Assembly (NCBI GenBank): GCA_038230375.1
Contig: JBBRNJ010000018.1
Span: 54,601-118,600, forward strand
Length of the DNA stretch: 64,000 nt
Direction: 5' to 3'
DNA from: Polyangiales bacterium
Lineage (GTDB): Bacteria > Myxococcota_A > Polyangia > Polyangiales > Polyangiaceae
The translations under genes were made by a program, and so were the position numbers. Numbering within the stretch: position 1 is the first letter of the stretch; the number at the start of each line of letters is the position of its first letter. A model generated the notes under the pieces. The model saw only the letters and a program-made list of their open reading frames with translations. It did not search any database and had not been told where the DNA came from. This document shows, in pieces, positions 1-8,760 of the stretch.

Positions 1-1
1 C

Positions 2-928
2 GCGCTTGTGCCGGCCACGCTGAGCCCGTTCCAGATCGACGCGCTGCCATACCCGAACGACCCCGCGCAGAAGCCGAAGGTGGGCGTGACCCAGGCCGAG
101 GCCGCGTCTCTCTGCAACCAACGCAGCGAGCGCCTCTGCACCGAGCTCGAGTGGGAGCGTGCGTGCAAGGGCGAAGCGGGCGACATGTTCGCCTCTGGCG
201 CGAGCTGGGATGCGTCATGCGAGTCCGACGTTGCCTCGTGTGCGAGCGCTTCGGGCGTGCGCGGGATGGGCGTGCTGCCCGAGCACACGGCGAGCACGTT
301 TGCCACGTCCGACAACTTCGTGGTGAAGGGCTCGCGCTCCAACGCTGCGGGCACCGACATCGTCGCGGCCAAGCGCTGCGCTTACCGCGGCAAGACCGAT
401 CCGGCTACGGCGCGAAACGTGGGCTTCCGGTGCTGCAAGGGCACCGCGAACACCGTGGAGGTCTCGACCATCGAGTCGCGGCCCACGTTCCGCAAGACGA
501 AGATGGACGCGGCCCAGTTCACGAAGATCGTCGCCGAGCTGCCGGAGCTGTCGCGACTCGGTGAAGGCCTGCGGTTCTTCGAGCTCGGTGACATCGCGAA
601 CGTGACCGGCCGCTCTGGTGCGACACACGAGGGCATCACGTTCACGCCGTTCCCCGTTCTCTGGAGCCCCGAGCTGGGCACCGAGCTCCTGGTCGCCACG
701 GGCCGCAGCAAGAGCGCGTCGTTCGTGGTCGCGCTCCATGTGCTCCCGCACGACAAGTACCGCGTCGCCTCCTCATTCGTGATGCTGAACGACGCAGCGC
801 CGGTGGTACTGGCCTACGAGCCGTCCAACCGCAAGCAGCTCCTGTGGAGCGCATGCTGGGGCTGCGCCGGCGAGCAGGGCGCCATCAGCGTGCGCGAAGA
901 CCACAAGGCGATGATCGTCCAGTACTGA
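2..928 (+). CDS. FGE-sulfatase (SUMF1/EgtB/PvdO) domain protein, 5'-truncated at window edge
   Basis: Motifs 'RLCTELEWERACKG' and 'GFRCC' typical of the FGE-sulfatase fold; the frame is open to the window start. Confidence 0.8.
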   Translation, partial: ALVPATLSPFQIDALPYPNDPAQKPKVGVTQAEAASLCNQRSERLCTELEWERACKGEAGDMFASGASWDASCESDVASCASASGVRGMGVLPEHTASTFATSDNFVVKGSRSNAAGTDIVAAKRCAYRGKTDPATARNVGFRCCKGTANTVEVSTIESRPTFRKTKMDAAQFTKIVAELPELSRLGEGLRFFELGDIANVTGRSGATHEGITFTPFPVLWSPELGTELLVATGRSKSASFVVALHVLPHDKYRVASSFVMLNDAAPVVLAYEPSNRKQLLWSACWGCAGEQGAISVREDHKAMIVQY

Positions 929-930
929 GG

Positions 931-1236
931 ATGAGCAAGTCGCGGAAGGATCGGCGCGAGGTGCAGCGCGAAGCGGTCAAGGATGCGAAGCGTCGCCTCA
1001 GCGTTGCCATGCGGCAGCGTGGTGGCGCGCCGGAGCTGCCAGAGCTCGTGGACTCGGCCTCGGTCATCGAGGTGATCGCCCGCGGCACTCCATGCGTGGT
1101 GTGCGGAGCCGAGGTCGCGGTGGTGGAGCACGAGGCAAGGACGCTCGTGGGGGCTCCGGTCCGCGTGGTCCACGTGAAGTGCCGGATGTGTGGGATCGCC
1201 CGGAAGACCTACTTCCAGATCGCCGCCGCCAACTGA
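931..1236 (+). CDS. Small basic zinc-ribbon hypothetical protein
   Basis: ATG at 931, 2 nt after the upstream stop; CVVC...CRMC pairs. Confidence 0.7.
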   Translation: MSKSRKDRREVQREAVKDAKRRLSVAMRQRGGAPELPELVDSASVIEVIARGTPCVVCGAEVAVVEHEARTLVGAPVRVVHVKCRMCGIARKTYFQIAAAN

Positions 1237-1291
1237 AATTCGCGGGAAAATCGCCCCGTACGCGCGAACCCGAAAAAAAGATCGCTTTGCT

Positions 1292-1317
1292 GCATCCAGA
1301 ATACGTCGGCCCACGAA
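1292..1317 (+). promoter_or_regulatory. SigK-type ECF sigma promoter
   Basis: GCATCC-N15-ACGAA, close to the mycobacterial SigK consensus CCATCC-N15-CCGAA, upstream of the operon encoding a SigK/RskA-like pair. Confidence 0.65.
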
Positions 1318-1530
1318 AGCACTGTTTGTAACGACGACACCGACGGTGCGGCCCCCAAGAAGGGCCCGCTGGCAACGTGGGCGGCGTTTCGGGGGTGGGG
1401 AGCAGCGCAGCGAAAGCCGCGCAGACGCTCCCTTCTACCTACGGCGGTTGCTTGATCTTGGCGCGGGTCTTCCGGCCCACGTCCGACATCCCATCGCCCG
1501 CGCACGCGGGCCACTTCCAGGAGAAAACTC

Positions 1531-3069
1531 ATGAAGACGATCCACTCGTTCGGCCTCCTCTTGTCTGCGCTCGGAGTCGTTGCTGGTTGCTCTGCCGACG
1601 GCTCGCAATACAAGACGGAACCCGGTCCCGACGGCCAGCCCGCAGCGGGGCAACCTGCAGGTGGAGGACAGCCTGCCTCGCAGGCCGGCGGCAACACCGG
1701 ATCGGATCCCACCGCGCCCGCTCCCGTCGCGCCCGCAGGCAAGGCGATGATCCGCGTCGTGCATGCGTCTGCCGACGCACCGCAGGTCGACGTCTATGCA
1801 AAGGGCAGCGCGACGCCGCTCGTCACGGGCCTCGGGTACGGACAGACGTCTTCGTGGATCGAGGTCGCGTCGGGCAAGGTCGAGGTCGAGCTCCGCGCGT
1901 CGCCTTCCACTGCACAGAGCCCGCTCGTCTACACCACGGGCGCTCTGACGTTGCCGGACACCGCGAACGTCACCGCGGTCGCCGCGGGGCTCCTGTCCTC
2001 TTCCGATACCGCTGATGGCTTCCGCGTGGTGCCCGTCGTGAACGCATTCGCCGCTGCCGCGAAAGGCACGACGCGCGTGCGCGTCCTTCATGCAGGCGCA
2101 GACGCCCCCGCTGTGGGCCTGGATGTGGGGAATGACGATCCCACGATGCCCGAGGTCGCAAGCCTCGCGCGGTTCGCCGACACCGGCGCATCCGGCGTTG
2201 CGCTTCCCTCCGGCAAGCCTCTGGCGATCGGCATCGACGCGGGTGGCGCGCGCGTCACTGCGTTCACGACCCCGGCGCTGCCCGACGGTGGCGACGTGCT
2301 CCTCATCGCGACGGGTCTGCTCGGCAAGCTTGCGCGTGAAGGCGGAGGCTTCTCGATCCTCGCCGTGGGCTCGAACGGCAACCTGGGCTTCATCAAGCAA
2401 GACCCGATCATCTACACGCTGCACGCGTCGCCGGATGCGCCAGCCGTGGACGCATTCGTCGGCGACGCGAAGATCATCGACAACCTCTCCTTCGGCAAGC
2501 TCACCGCGCCGATCCAGGTGCAGCCGGGAAGCTACGGCATCGACGTGTTCGCACACAGCGCCGGCGCCGCACGCCCCGCTGGTAGCCCCGCGCTCGCGGC
2601 GCAGAGCGGCAAGCTGCTGGCGGGCGAGCGGTACCTCACTGTCGCCACTGGCTTCCTTGCGCAGAACACGCTGTCGCTCCAGGCCGCACGTGAGGGCTTC
2701 GATCTGACCGACGGCGCCGCGCACCTGCGCATCGTCCACTCGTCTCCGGACGCGCCGGCCGTCGACGTCGGTCTGCTCTCCTCCGCAGGCACGTCGATCT
2801 CCCCGCTGTTCTCGAACATCAAGTTCGGCGGCTCGTCGTCGGACACCGGCCTCTCGACCATGCCCGCGTCGCTCCCGATCGGCGTGACGCCCGCCGCCGC
2901 CGACACCACGGTCGTGGCCCGCTTCACGGTCCCCGCAGCCGCGAACGAGCGCGCCTTCGTTGTTGCCGCCGGCGCGCTGTCACCGCCCCACGGCGCGCAG
3001 GGGTTCCGTCTCGCGGTGATCGACACCGCTCAGTCTCCTTGGACGGTCTCGCACGTGTTCGCTCACTGA
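1531..3069 (+). CDS. DUF4397-repeat lipoprotein
   Basis: Lipobox VAGC; four repeats of the 'RVVHASADAPxVDV' DUF4397 motif; RBS CAGGAG. Confidence 0.88.
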   Translation: MKTIHSFGLLLSALGVVAGCSADGSQYKTEPGPDGQPAAGQPAGGGQPASQAGGNTGSDPTAPAPVAPAGKAMIRVVHASADAPQVDVYAKGSATPLVTGLGYGQTSSWIEVASGKVEVELRASPSTAQSPLVYTTGALTLPDTANVTAVAAGLLSSSDTADGFRVVPVVNAFAAAAKGTTRVRVLHAGADAPAVGLDVGNDDPTMPEVASLARFADTGASGVALPSGKPLAIGIDAGGARVTAFTTPALPDGGDVLLIATGLLGKLAREGGGFSILAVGSNGNLGFIKQDPIIYTLHASPDAPAVDAFVGDAKIIDNLSFGKLTAPIQVQPGSYGIDVFAHSAGAARPAGSPALAAQSGKLLAGERYLTVATGFLAQNTLSLQAAREGFDLTDGAAHLRIVHSSPDAPAVDVGLLSSAGTSISPLFSNIKFGGSSSDTGLSTMPASLPIGVTPAAADTTVVARFTVPAAANERAFVVAAGALSPPHGAQGFRLAVIDTAQSPWTVSHVFAH

Positions 3070-3098
3070 ACGTAGTAAAGGAGCCCCTCCGAGACCTC

Positions 3099-3653
3099 AT
3101 GCTGCCCGTGCTCCTTCCCCGCATCGCGAATGGCGACAAGACAGCCGTTCGCGAGTGCATCGCGCGATATGGCGGCCTCGTATGGTCGCTCGCGCGGCGG
3201 CTATCGCCGAACGACGCGGAGGACGCGGTCCAGGACATCTTCGTGGACCTCTGGAAGAGCGCGAGCAGGTTCGACCCCCAGGCGGGAACAGAGGTCACGT
3301 GGATCGCCACCATCGCGCGCCGCCGGCTCATCGACCGGCGGCGCAAGGTGCGGCGAGACCCCCAGACCGAGGCGCTCAGCGACCACCTCCCCAGTGAGGG
3401 TCAGATGCCCGCCGAGGTCGGCGCCGAGGCCAATTTTGCGGCCCGCGCGGTCTCGCAGCTCCGCCCCGAGCAGCGCCAGGTGCTGGTCCTCACCACGTGC
3501 CATGGCCTGACCCACGAGGAAGTGTCGGCGGCCACCGGGATGCCGCTCGGCACGGTGAAGGCGCACGCACGACGCGGGCTGATGGTCGTACGCGATGCGC
3601 TCGGGCTCGGCGATCCAAACGCCCCGGCCCAGCGTACGGAGGGGTGGACATGA
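3099..3653 (+). CDS. ECF RNA polymerase sigma factor, SigK-like
   Basis: Region 2 'DAEDAVQDIFVDLW...FDP' and region 4 'GLTHEEVS...GMPLGTVKAHARRGL'; stop overlaps the anti-sigma start (ATGA). Confidence 0.92.
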   Translation: MLPVLLPRIANGDKTAVRECIARYGGLVWSLARRLSPNDAEDAVQDIFVDLWKSASRFDPQAGTEVTWIATIARRRLIDRRRKVRRDPQTEALSDHLPSEGQMPAEVGAEANFAARAVSQLRPEQRQVLVLTTCHGLTHEEVSAATGMPLGTVKAHARRGLMVVRDALGLGDPNAPAQRTEGWT

Positions 3654-4540
3654 ATTCGATGTTCGACAGAGACGCTCGCCTCCGCGAGCTCTACTGCGAT
3701 GCAGCGCTGGTCGGTCTGGATGCAGCGGAGCAGGCACAGCTGGCGCAGCTGCTGGCGGAGACGGGGCGACGCCCTGGTAGTCCGGAGGAGCAGAGCTACG
3801 AGCGCGTCGTGATCGCGATCGCACTCGCAGGCGCGGCGTCCCGTCCGGAGCCCATGTCACCGGCGCTCGCAGAGAAGGTGGCGATGCGCGCGTTCGAGGT
3901 GATGAGCTCGCCCATGTCGGCACCCATGTCGGGACCGATGGGCCCGCCGAGGTCTGCGCCCGTCGTGCAGCTGTCGTCGCGACGGTTCCGGACGGTCGCG
4001 ATCGTGGGATGGATCGCCGCCGCGGCGTGCTTGCTGCTCGCAGTGGGCGCGATCGTGAAGCGCCCGCGCGAGGTGGTCGTGACGAATACGGTCGTGGTGC
4101 CGGCAAGCGCTCCCACCATGATCGCTCCGCCGCCGCGCGAACGCCCGGAGGCGCAGCGTCAGGCGCTGCTCGCGCGGCCAGGCACGGTGAAGATGGAGTG
4201 GGCGGCCACGAAGGATCCGGCGTCCAAGGTCGCCACCGGTGACGTCGTGTGGAACGCGAAGGAGCAGACTGGCTTCATGACGTTCCGCGGGTTGGCGAAG
4301 AACGATCCGGGAAGCTTGCAGTACCAGCTGTGGATCTTCGACAAGTCGCGCGACGCTCGTTATCCCGTGGATGGCGGCGTGTTCGACATCGACAATGAGA
4401 CTGGTGATGTGGTCGTCGCATTTCATGGGCGGGTGCCCGTCGGAGACGCGAACCTGTTTGCGGTGACTGTGGAAAAGCCAGGCGGGGTGGTCGTTTCGAA
4501 GCGGGAGCGGATCGTGCTGACCGCCAAGCCTGCCGTGTAG
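3650..4540 (+). CDS. Anti-sigma factor, RskA family
   Basis: Single TM helix followed by the RskA C-terminal motifs 'QYQLW...PVDGGVF...FAVTVEKPGGV'. Confidence 0.88.
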   Translation: MNSMFDRDARLRELYCDAALVGLDAAEQAQLAQLLAETGRRPGSPEEQSYERVVIAIALAGAASRPEPMSPALAEKVAMRAFEVMSSPMSAPMSGPMGPPRSAPVVQLSSRRFRTVAIVGWIAAAACLLLAVGAIVKRPREVVVTNTVVVPASAPTMIAPPPRERPEAQRQALLARPGTVKMEWAATKDPASKVATGDVVWNAKEQTGFMTFRGLAKNDPGSLQYQLWIFDKSRDARYPVDGGVFDIDNETGDVVVAFHGRVPVGDANLFAVTVEKPGGVVVSKRERIVLTAKPAV

Positions 4541-4558
4541 TGCGGGCGGTGGGGCGGG

Positions 4559-4588
4559 CACGTTCACGTTCAGGTTCAGGTTCACGTT
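4559..4588. repeat. Hexamer tandem repeat (CASGTT)x5 between convergent genes
   Basis: cacgtt cacgtt caggtt caggtt cacgtt. Confidence 0.9.
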
Positions 4589-4594
4589 TGCGGG

Positions 4595-5653
4595 TCAGAG
4601 GGAGAGGACCTTGTCTTCTCCGAGTGACTTCAGCTTTGCGTCTACGATGCCGAGGAGCTGATCGCGGCGGGACAGGAGCGAGCGGCGCTGCTGTTCGGTG
4701 AGCAGAGGGGCGCCGGTCTCGTCCAGGCCCAGCGCTCGGTCCAGCGACGTGGCGTCCAGCTTTCGCGTGGCTTCGATCAGGGCTCTCGGGAAGCGGTCGG
4801 CTCCGTTCACCAGCGTCAGGTGCTCCTTCACCAGTTTCTCGGGGACTGGTTCGAAGAACGCACCGTCGTTGTCCACGAAGAGCAGGTGCTGCTTCTCCGC
4901 GTCGAGCCCGACGTTCGCTCCGCTCCACCGATCCCAGTTGCCGGTCAGCGTGTCGAACACGAGCAGTGACGATATCTCTGGCGCTAGCTCGTGCTGCGGG
5001 CCGTCCGGCGTCGCGCCCGCACGCAGCCACGCGCGCCACCGCGAGCGAAGCGGCTCCGCCTCGAGCGGGATGAACGACAGCCCCGTGATCCACGGCATCA
5101 GGGCGCCGCGCACCTTCCCGTCGTGCGTCTTCACCTCTGCGTCGAAGAGCGTCTGCCCGTCCGCGTTGCTCGCCGCACGAAGCGCGTTTGCCGGAAGCGA
5201 CACGAGCAGCGCCGGCGGAACGTTCGTGATGCCCAGCACGCTCTGCAACCGAAACGCCGCCGCCTCGCTCCGGTATCGAAGCCGCCCACGCGAAGACTCC
5301 GGCTTGAACGCAGCCACACGCCCATCATCGAAGGTGATCTTGAAGACGACGGAGGTGTGACCGATCGGCTTCGCCGATTTGATCGTCGCGTCAGCGAAAT
5401 TTTCGGCGGTCGAGAGTGAGGTCGAGGTCGAGGTCGAGGTCGAGGTCGAGGTCGAGGTCGAGGGTGAGGTCGAGGTCGAGGTCGAGGGTGAGGTCGAGGT
5501 CGAGGTCGAGGTCGAGGTCGAGGTCGAGGTCGAGGTCGAAGTCGAGGTCGTCGTCGTCGTCGTCGTCGTCGTCGATCCGCTCTTGCACGCCACGCCCAGC
5601 GCCATTGCGGCGATCAGCGTGTGCGCGAGCGCGCTACGCGAGGATGCGGTCAC
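4595..5653 (-). CDS. Lipoprotein with (Thr-Ser)n stalk and Fam20C/four-jointed-like atypical kinase domain
   Basis: Lipobox GVAC; motifs AAFKP, SEAAAFRL..LG..NVPP, FDTLTGNWDR, LFVDNDGAF. Confidence 0.75.
   Translation of the reverse strand: MTASSRSALAHTLIAAMALGVACKSGSTTTTTTTTTSTSTSTSTSTSTSTSTSTSPSTSTSTSPSTSTSTSTSTSTSTSLSTAENFADATIKSAKPIGHTSVVFKITFDDGRVAAFKPESSRGRLRYRSEAAAFRLQSVLGITNVPPALLVSLPANALRAASNADGQTLFDAEVKTHDGKVRGALMPWITGLSFIPLEAEPLRSRWRAWLRAGATPDGPQHELAPEISSLLVFDTLTGNWDRWSGANVGLDAEKQHLLFVDNDGAFFEPVPEKLVKEHLTLVNGADRFPRALIEATRKLDATSLDRALGLDETGAPLLTEQQRRSLLSRRDQLLGIVDAKLKSLGEDKVLSL
5409..5575. repeat. (GTCGAG)n/(GTC)n microsatellite encoding the poly-Thr/(Thr-Ser)n linker
   Basis: More than 20 near-perfect GAGGTC units followed by a GTC run. 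Confidence 0.95.
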
Positions 5654-6587
5654 GGATGAACGCCGTTACTCGTTCGTTGACGAGCTCGGGTTGTTCGATG
5701 GCCGCGACGTGGCTGCCGCCCTTCACCATCAGGAGCTCCGCCTTCGGGATGGTCTCCGCCATGTGCTCGGACAGGGCCGGCGGCGTGAACGTGTCCTTCT
5801 CTCCTGCGATGATGAGCACGGGAATGTCGATCTTCGCCATGTACTCCTCGGCGGTGTGATTGCCCGCCGCCCGCAGCATCTTCAGGAACATCGGAAAATC
5901 CACGTGCGTCATGTGCTTCAGGTACGGGAGCATGTCGTCCGCATGCACCTTGTCCGGATCGACGTCGCGCGCACGGAGCGCAAGCTTCAATGCGACCTCG
6001 GGTGGGATGCGAGACCACAGCGCACGGACGATGTCCGGCTGCTTCTCCACGATGTCCATCAGCTTGGGCAGGATGAGGTCGAGCAGCGGCATGCCGCGGA
6101 ACGACTGCGTCACCTTCCCGAAGCTCCCGCAGATCAGCACCAGTCCACGGACCTTGTCCGGATAGAGGTGCACCTCCTCCAGCGCGACCTGGGTTCCCAT
6201 CGAGTGTCCGAGGATCACGCACGGCGGATCCGACACATGCAGCCGCACGCTGTGAAGGTCCGCCGCATGTGCAGGGATGTCGATGAGGTCCGGATTTTCG
6301 GGCGCACTGCTGCGCCCATGGCCCCGGTAGTGCCAGTGCGTGAGCTGAAGCAGCTTCCCTACCTCGTCGTAGAGGTACTTCCAGATGAAGCCGTCGCAGA
6401 GAATCCCGTCGCAAAAGAAGGCGGTAGGCGTGTTTGCGCCAAAACCACCCCGATCAACGCTGGGAACGCCGGCCGGATGAACCGGCCTCGCCCTCACGAA
6501 CAGTCGCGTGCCGTCCGTTGCCGTAGCGAAGGAGTGTTCCTCGTCCGCCGGGAAACCCGACGGCGGTGGAACACTGTGACTCTTCAC
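5634..6587 (-). CDS. Alpha/beta hydrolase
   Basis: YRGHGRS, nucleophile elbow GHSMG, GEKDTFTP, GGSH catalytic His; likely GTG start at 6587. Confidence 0.9.
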   Translation of the reverse strand: MKSHSVPPPSGFPADEEHSFATATDGTRLFVRARPVHPAGVPSVDRGGFGANTPTAFFCDGILCDGFIWKYLYDEVGKLLQLTHWHYRGHGRSSAPENPDLIDIPAHAADLHSVRLHVSDPPCVILGHSMGTQVALEEVHLYPDKVRGLVLICGSFGKVTQSFRGMPLLDLILPKLMDIVEKQPDIVRALWSRIPPEVALKLALRARDVDPDKVHADDMLPYLKHMTHVDFPMFLKMLRAAGNHTAEEYMAKIDIPVLIIAGEKDTFTPPALSEHMAETIPKAELLMVKGGSHVAAIEQPELVNERVTAFIRDRILA

Positions 6588-6594
6588 GTTTCGC

Positions 6595-6837
6595 TCACGG
6601 CTCGTCTTCGTCGTCAGCGCCGTCGACTTCGTTGACGCTCGGCAGCTTCTTGATCTCCAGGCGGGAGATCTTCCAGGCACGCTGAACCACCCAAGAAAGC
6701 GAACGGTCGAGGCGCGCGGCCTCTTCTTTGATCTCCTGGAGCATCGACTCGGGGAAGTAGAGACTCTGCTTCCTCTTGTCGGTCTTGGAGCTCTCGCTGC
6801 GAAGGTTCGAAATCGAGTCCTTTTCTCCGCTCGCCAC
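6595..6837 (-). CDS. TIGR04563 (MXAN_4361/4362 family) small ribbon-helix-helix-like protein
   Basis: 'KRKQSLYFPESMLQEIKEEAARLDRSLSWVVQRAWKI' matches this myxobacterial family; RBS GAGGAGG. Confidence 0.85.
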   Translation of the reverse strand: MASGEKDSISNLRSESSKTDKRKQSLYFPESMLQEIKEEAARLDRSLSWVVQRAWKISRLEIKKLPSVNEVDGADDEDEP

Positions 6838-7011
6838 CGGGGGCCTCCTCTGTGTCAGGTCACGTATTCACACACGCGGAAGTCGCGCGCATGATTCAAG
6901 ATATCAGGACTTCGGAACTCCGGTGCGACAATTCTCGACCTTGCCCTGCGTGCCCGCTGATCTCCCTGAAAAAGCCCGAAAAAGGCCGAAAAAGGCGATA
7001 CCTTTCCACCC

Positions 7012-8346
7012 GTGACCTTCCCCAACCGCGCCCTCCGGCTCGCTCTTCCCGTTCTCCTTGCCTTCGTTAGCGGAGTCTTCGTCGGCTCCGGTCGCGCGCA
7101 CGCGACGAGCGAGGACAAGAGCCCCTACTCCGCGGTTGGTCAGCTCGGACGCGTGCTCGTGTTGGTGGAGAACGAGTACGTCGATCCTGTCGAGCGTGGC
7201 CGTCTTGTCGAGGGCGCCATCAAGGGCATGGTGACGGAGCTCGATCCGCACTCCGAGTACCTCCGACCCGAAGAGTGGAAGCAGTTCCACGGCGACACGG
7301 AAGGAAACTTCGGAGGCATCGGCATCGAGGTCGACGGTCGCGATGGCACGCTCACCGTCATCGCGCCCATCGAGGGCTCACCCGCGGATCGCGCGGGCAT
7401 CCTCTCGGGTGACAAGGTCATCGGCGTGGACGGCGAGGACGCGCGCCACGCATCGCTCGACAAGCTGATGAAGCAGATGCGCGGCCAGGCCGGCACGCGC
7501 GTGAAGATCACGGTCCTCCGCGGCTCGGAGACAAGGGTCTTCGATCTCGTACGCGAGGTCATTCATCTCTCTGCGGTGACTGCGAAGGCGCTCGAGGGCG
7601 GCGCGATCTACCTGCGCATCCGGCAGTTCCAGGAGGGCACGCACGCGGAGCTCATTCGTGAGGTCGGGAAGGCACGGCGCGATGCAGGCGGCCGCGTGCA
7701 GGGCGTCATCCTTGATCTTCGTCACAACCCGGGCGGTCTCGTCGACGAGGCCGCGGAGGTGTCCGACGAGTTCCTCGACGGCGGCATGATCTTCACCATG
7801 CGTCACCGCGGCCAGACCGTGGAGCAGGCGAAGGCACACTCGGGCGGCGCACTCGTGGACATGCCTGTCGTCGTCCTCGTCGACGAATGGAGCGCGAGCG
7901 CCTCCGAGCTCGTCACCGGCGCGCTGCAGGATCAGAAGCGAGGCGTCGTGGTGGGCCAGCCGACGTTCGGCAAGGGCAGCGTGCAGTCGATCCTCGATCT
8001 ACCCGGCGGCGCGGGCCTCAAGCTGACGACAGCGCGGTACTTCACGCCCTCTGGGCACGCGATCCAGGCGGACGGCATCCATCCAGACGTCGTCGTCGAG
8101 AAGGAGAACATCGGTCGCCCCGCATTCCGCGAAGGCGACATCGGAAACCACCTCTCTGCGGAAGGGCCGCAGGGCGGTGTGCCCTCGCAGGCCGCGCGCG
8201 ATGCGGGCTCGATCCACGTGGAGCGGGACGGCGGTGACTCCCCGGTGCAGGCCGCCCGCGACGTCCCGAAGGATCCGTCCACGTCGAAGGATTTCGTGCT
8301 GGCGCTCGGCTACAAGCTGCTTCGGCAGAAGATGTCGGGCAAGTAG
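7012..8346 (+). CDS. ctpA: C-terminal processing peptidase S41A (CtpA/Prc) with PDZ domain
   Basis: LDPHS, GIGIE (PDZ), DLRHNPGG, SASASE, TFGKGSVQ, TTARYFTPSG. Confidence 0.93.
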   Translation: MTFPNRALRLALPVLLAFVSGVFVGSGRAHATSEDKSPYSAVGQLGRVLVLVENEYVDPVERGRLVEGAIKGMVTELDPHSEYLRPEEWKQFHGDTEGNFGGIGIEVDGRDGTLTVIAPIEGSPADRAGILSGDKVIGVDGEDARHASLDKLMKQMRGQAGTRVKITVLRGSETRVFDLVREVIHLSAVTAKALEGGAIYLRIRQFQEGTHAELIREVGKARRDAGGRVQGVILDLRHNPGGLVDEAAEVSDEFLDGGMIFTMRHRGQTVEQAKAHSGGALVDMPVVVLVDEWSASASELVTGALQDQKRGVVVGQPTFGKGSVQSILDLPGGAGLKLTTARYFTPSGHAIQADGIHPDVVVEKENIGRPAFREGDIGNHLSAEGPQGGVPSQAARDAGSIHVERDGGDSPVQAARDVPKDPSTSKDFVLALGYKLLRQKMSGK

Positions 8347-8703
8347 TCAGTCGCCTCGGAGGGCGACGGCGGCGTTGACCAGCGGCAGCAGCAGGAGCAG
8401 CGTGACGGCGACGAGGGAGTAGCTCGCCCAGGTCCAGTCAACAGGCGGCCCCACGCGCGCGAGCGAGATGAGCATGGTGATGATGCCGAGGACCGCGTGG
8501 CCGCGTGACGGCGCGCGCCACACCAGCGCGCTGGCCGTGACGCCAAGCATCGCGCAGCCGATCGCGATCGCGCTCTTCCAATTCCATGGCGCAGGGTTCC
8601 TGTAGAACCACCCGATCAGCGCCACCGTCGTGAGCCCACTGAAGATCAGGAGAGCCATCGACGCGACGAAGACAGTGAGCTTTGAGGCTCCGCGATCGTT
8701 CAC
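8347..8703 (-). CDS. Small 4-TM membrane protein
   Basis: Four hydrophobic segments; start uncertain. Confidence 0.65.
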   Translation of the reverse strand: MNDRGASKLTVFVASMALLIFSGLTTVALIGWFYRNPAPWNWKSAIAIGCAMLGVTASALVWRAPSRGHAVLGIITMLISLARVGPPVDWTWASYSLVAVTLLLLLPLVNAAVALRGD

Positions 8704-8760
8704 GATGAGCCCCGAGCATACACGAATTCCCCCACCACCAAGCGCCCCCTGTCCACGGAG

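Noticed and set aside
5379..6635. 418-aa + strand ORF with (VE)n, and the (RS)n and (DL)n ORFs over the repeat
   Set aside because: Antisense or alternative-frame readings of the hexamer tract and hydrolase; the minus-strand genes carry the recognisable motifs
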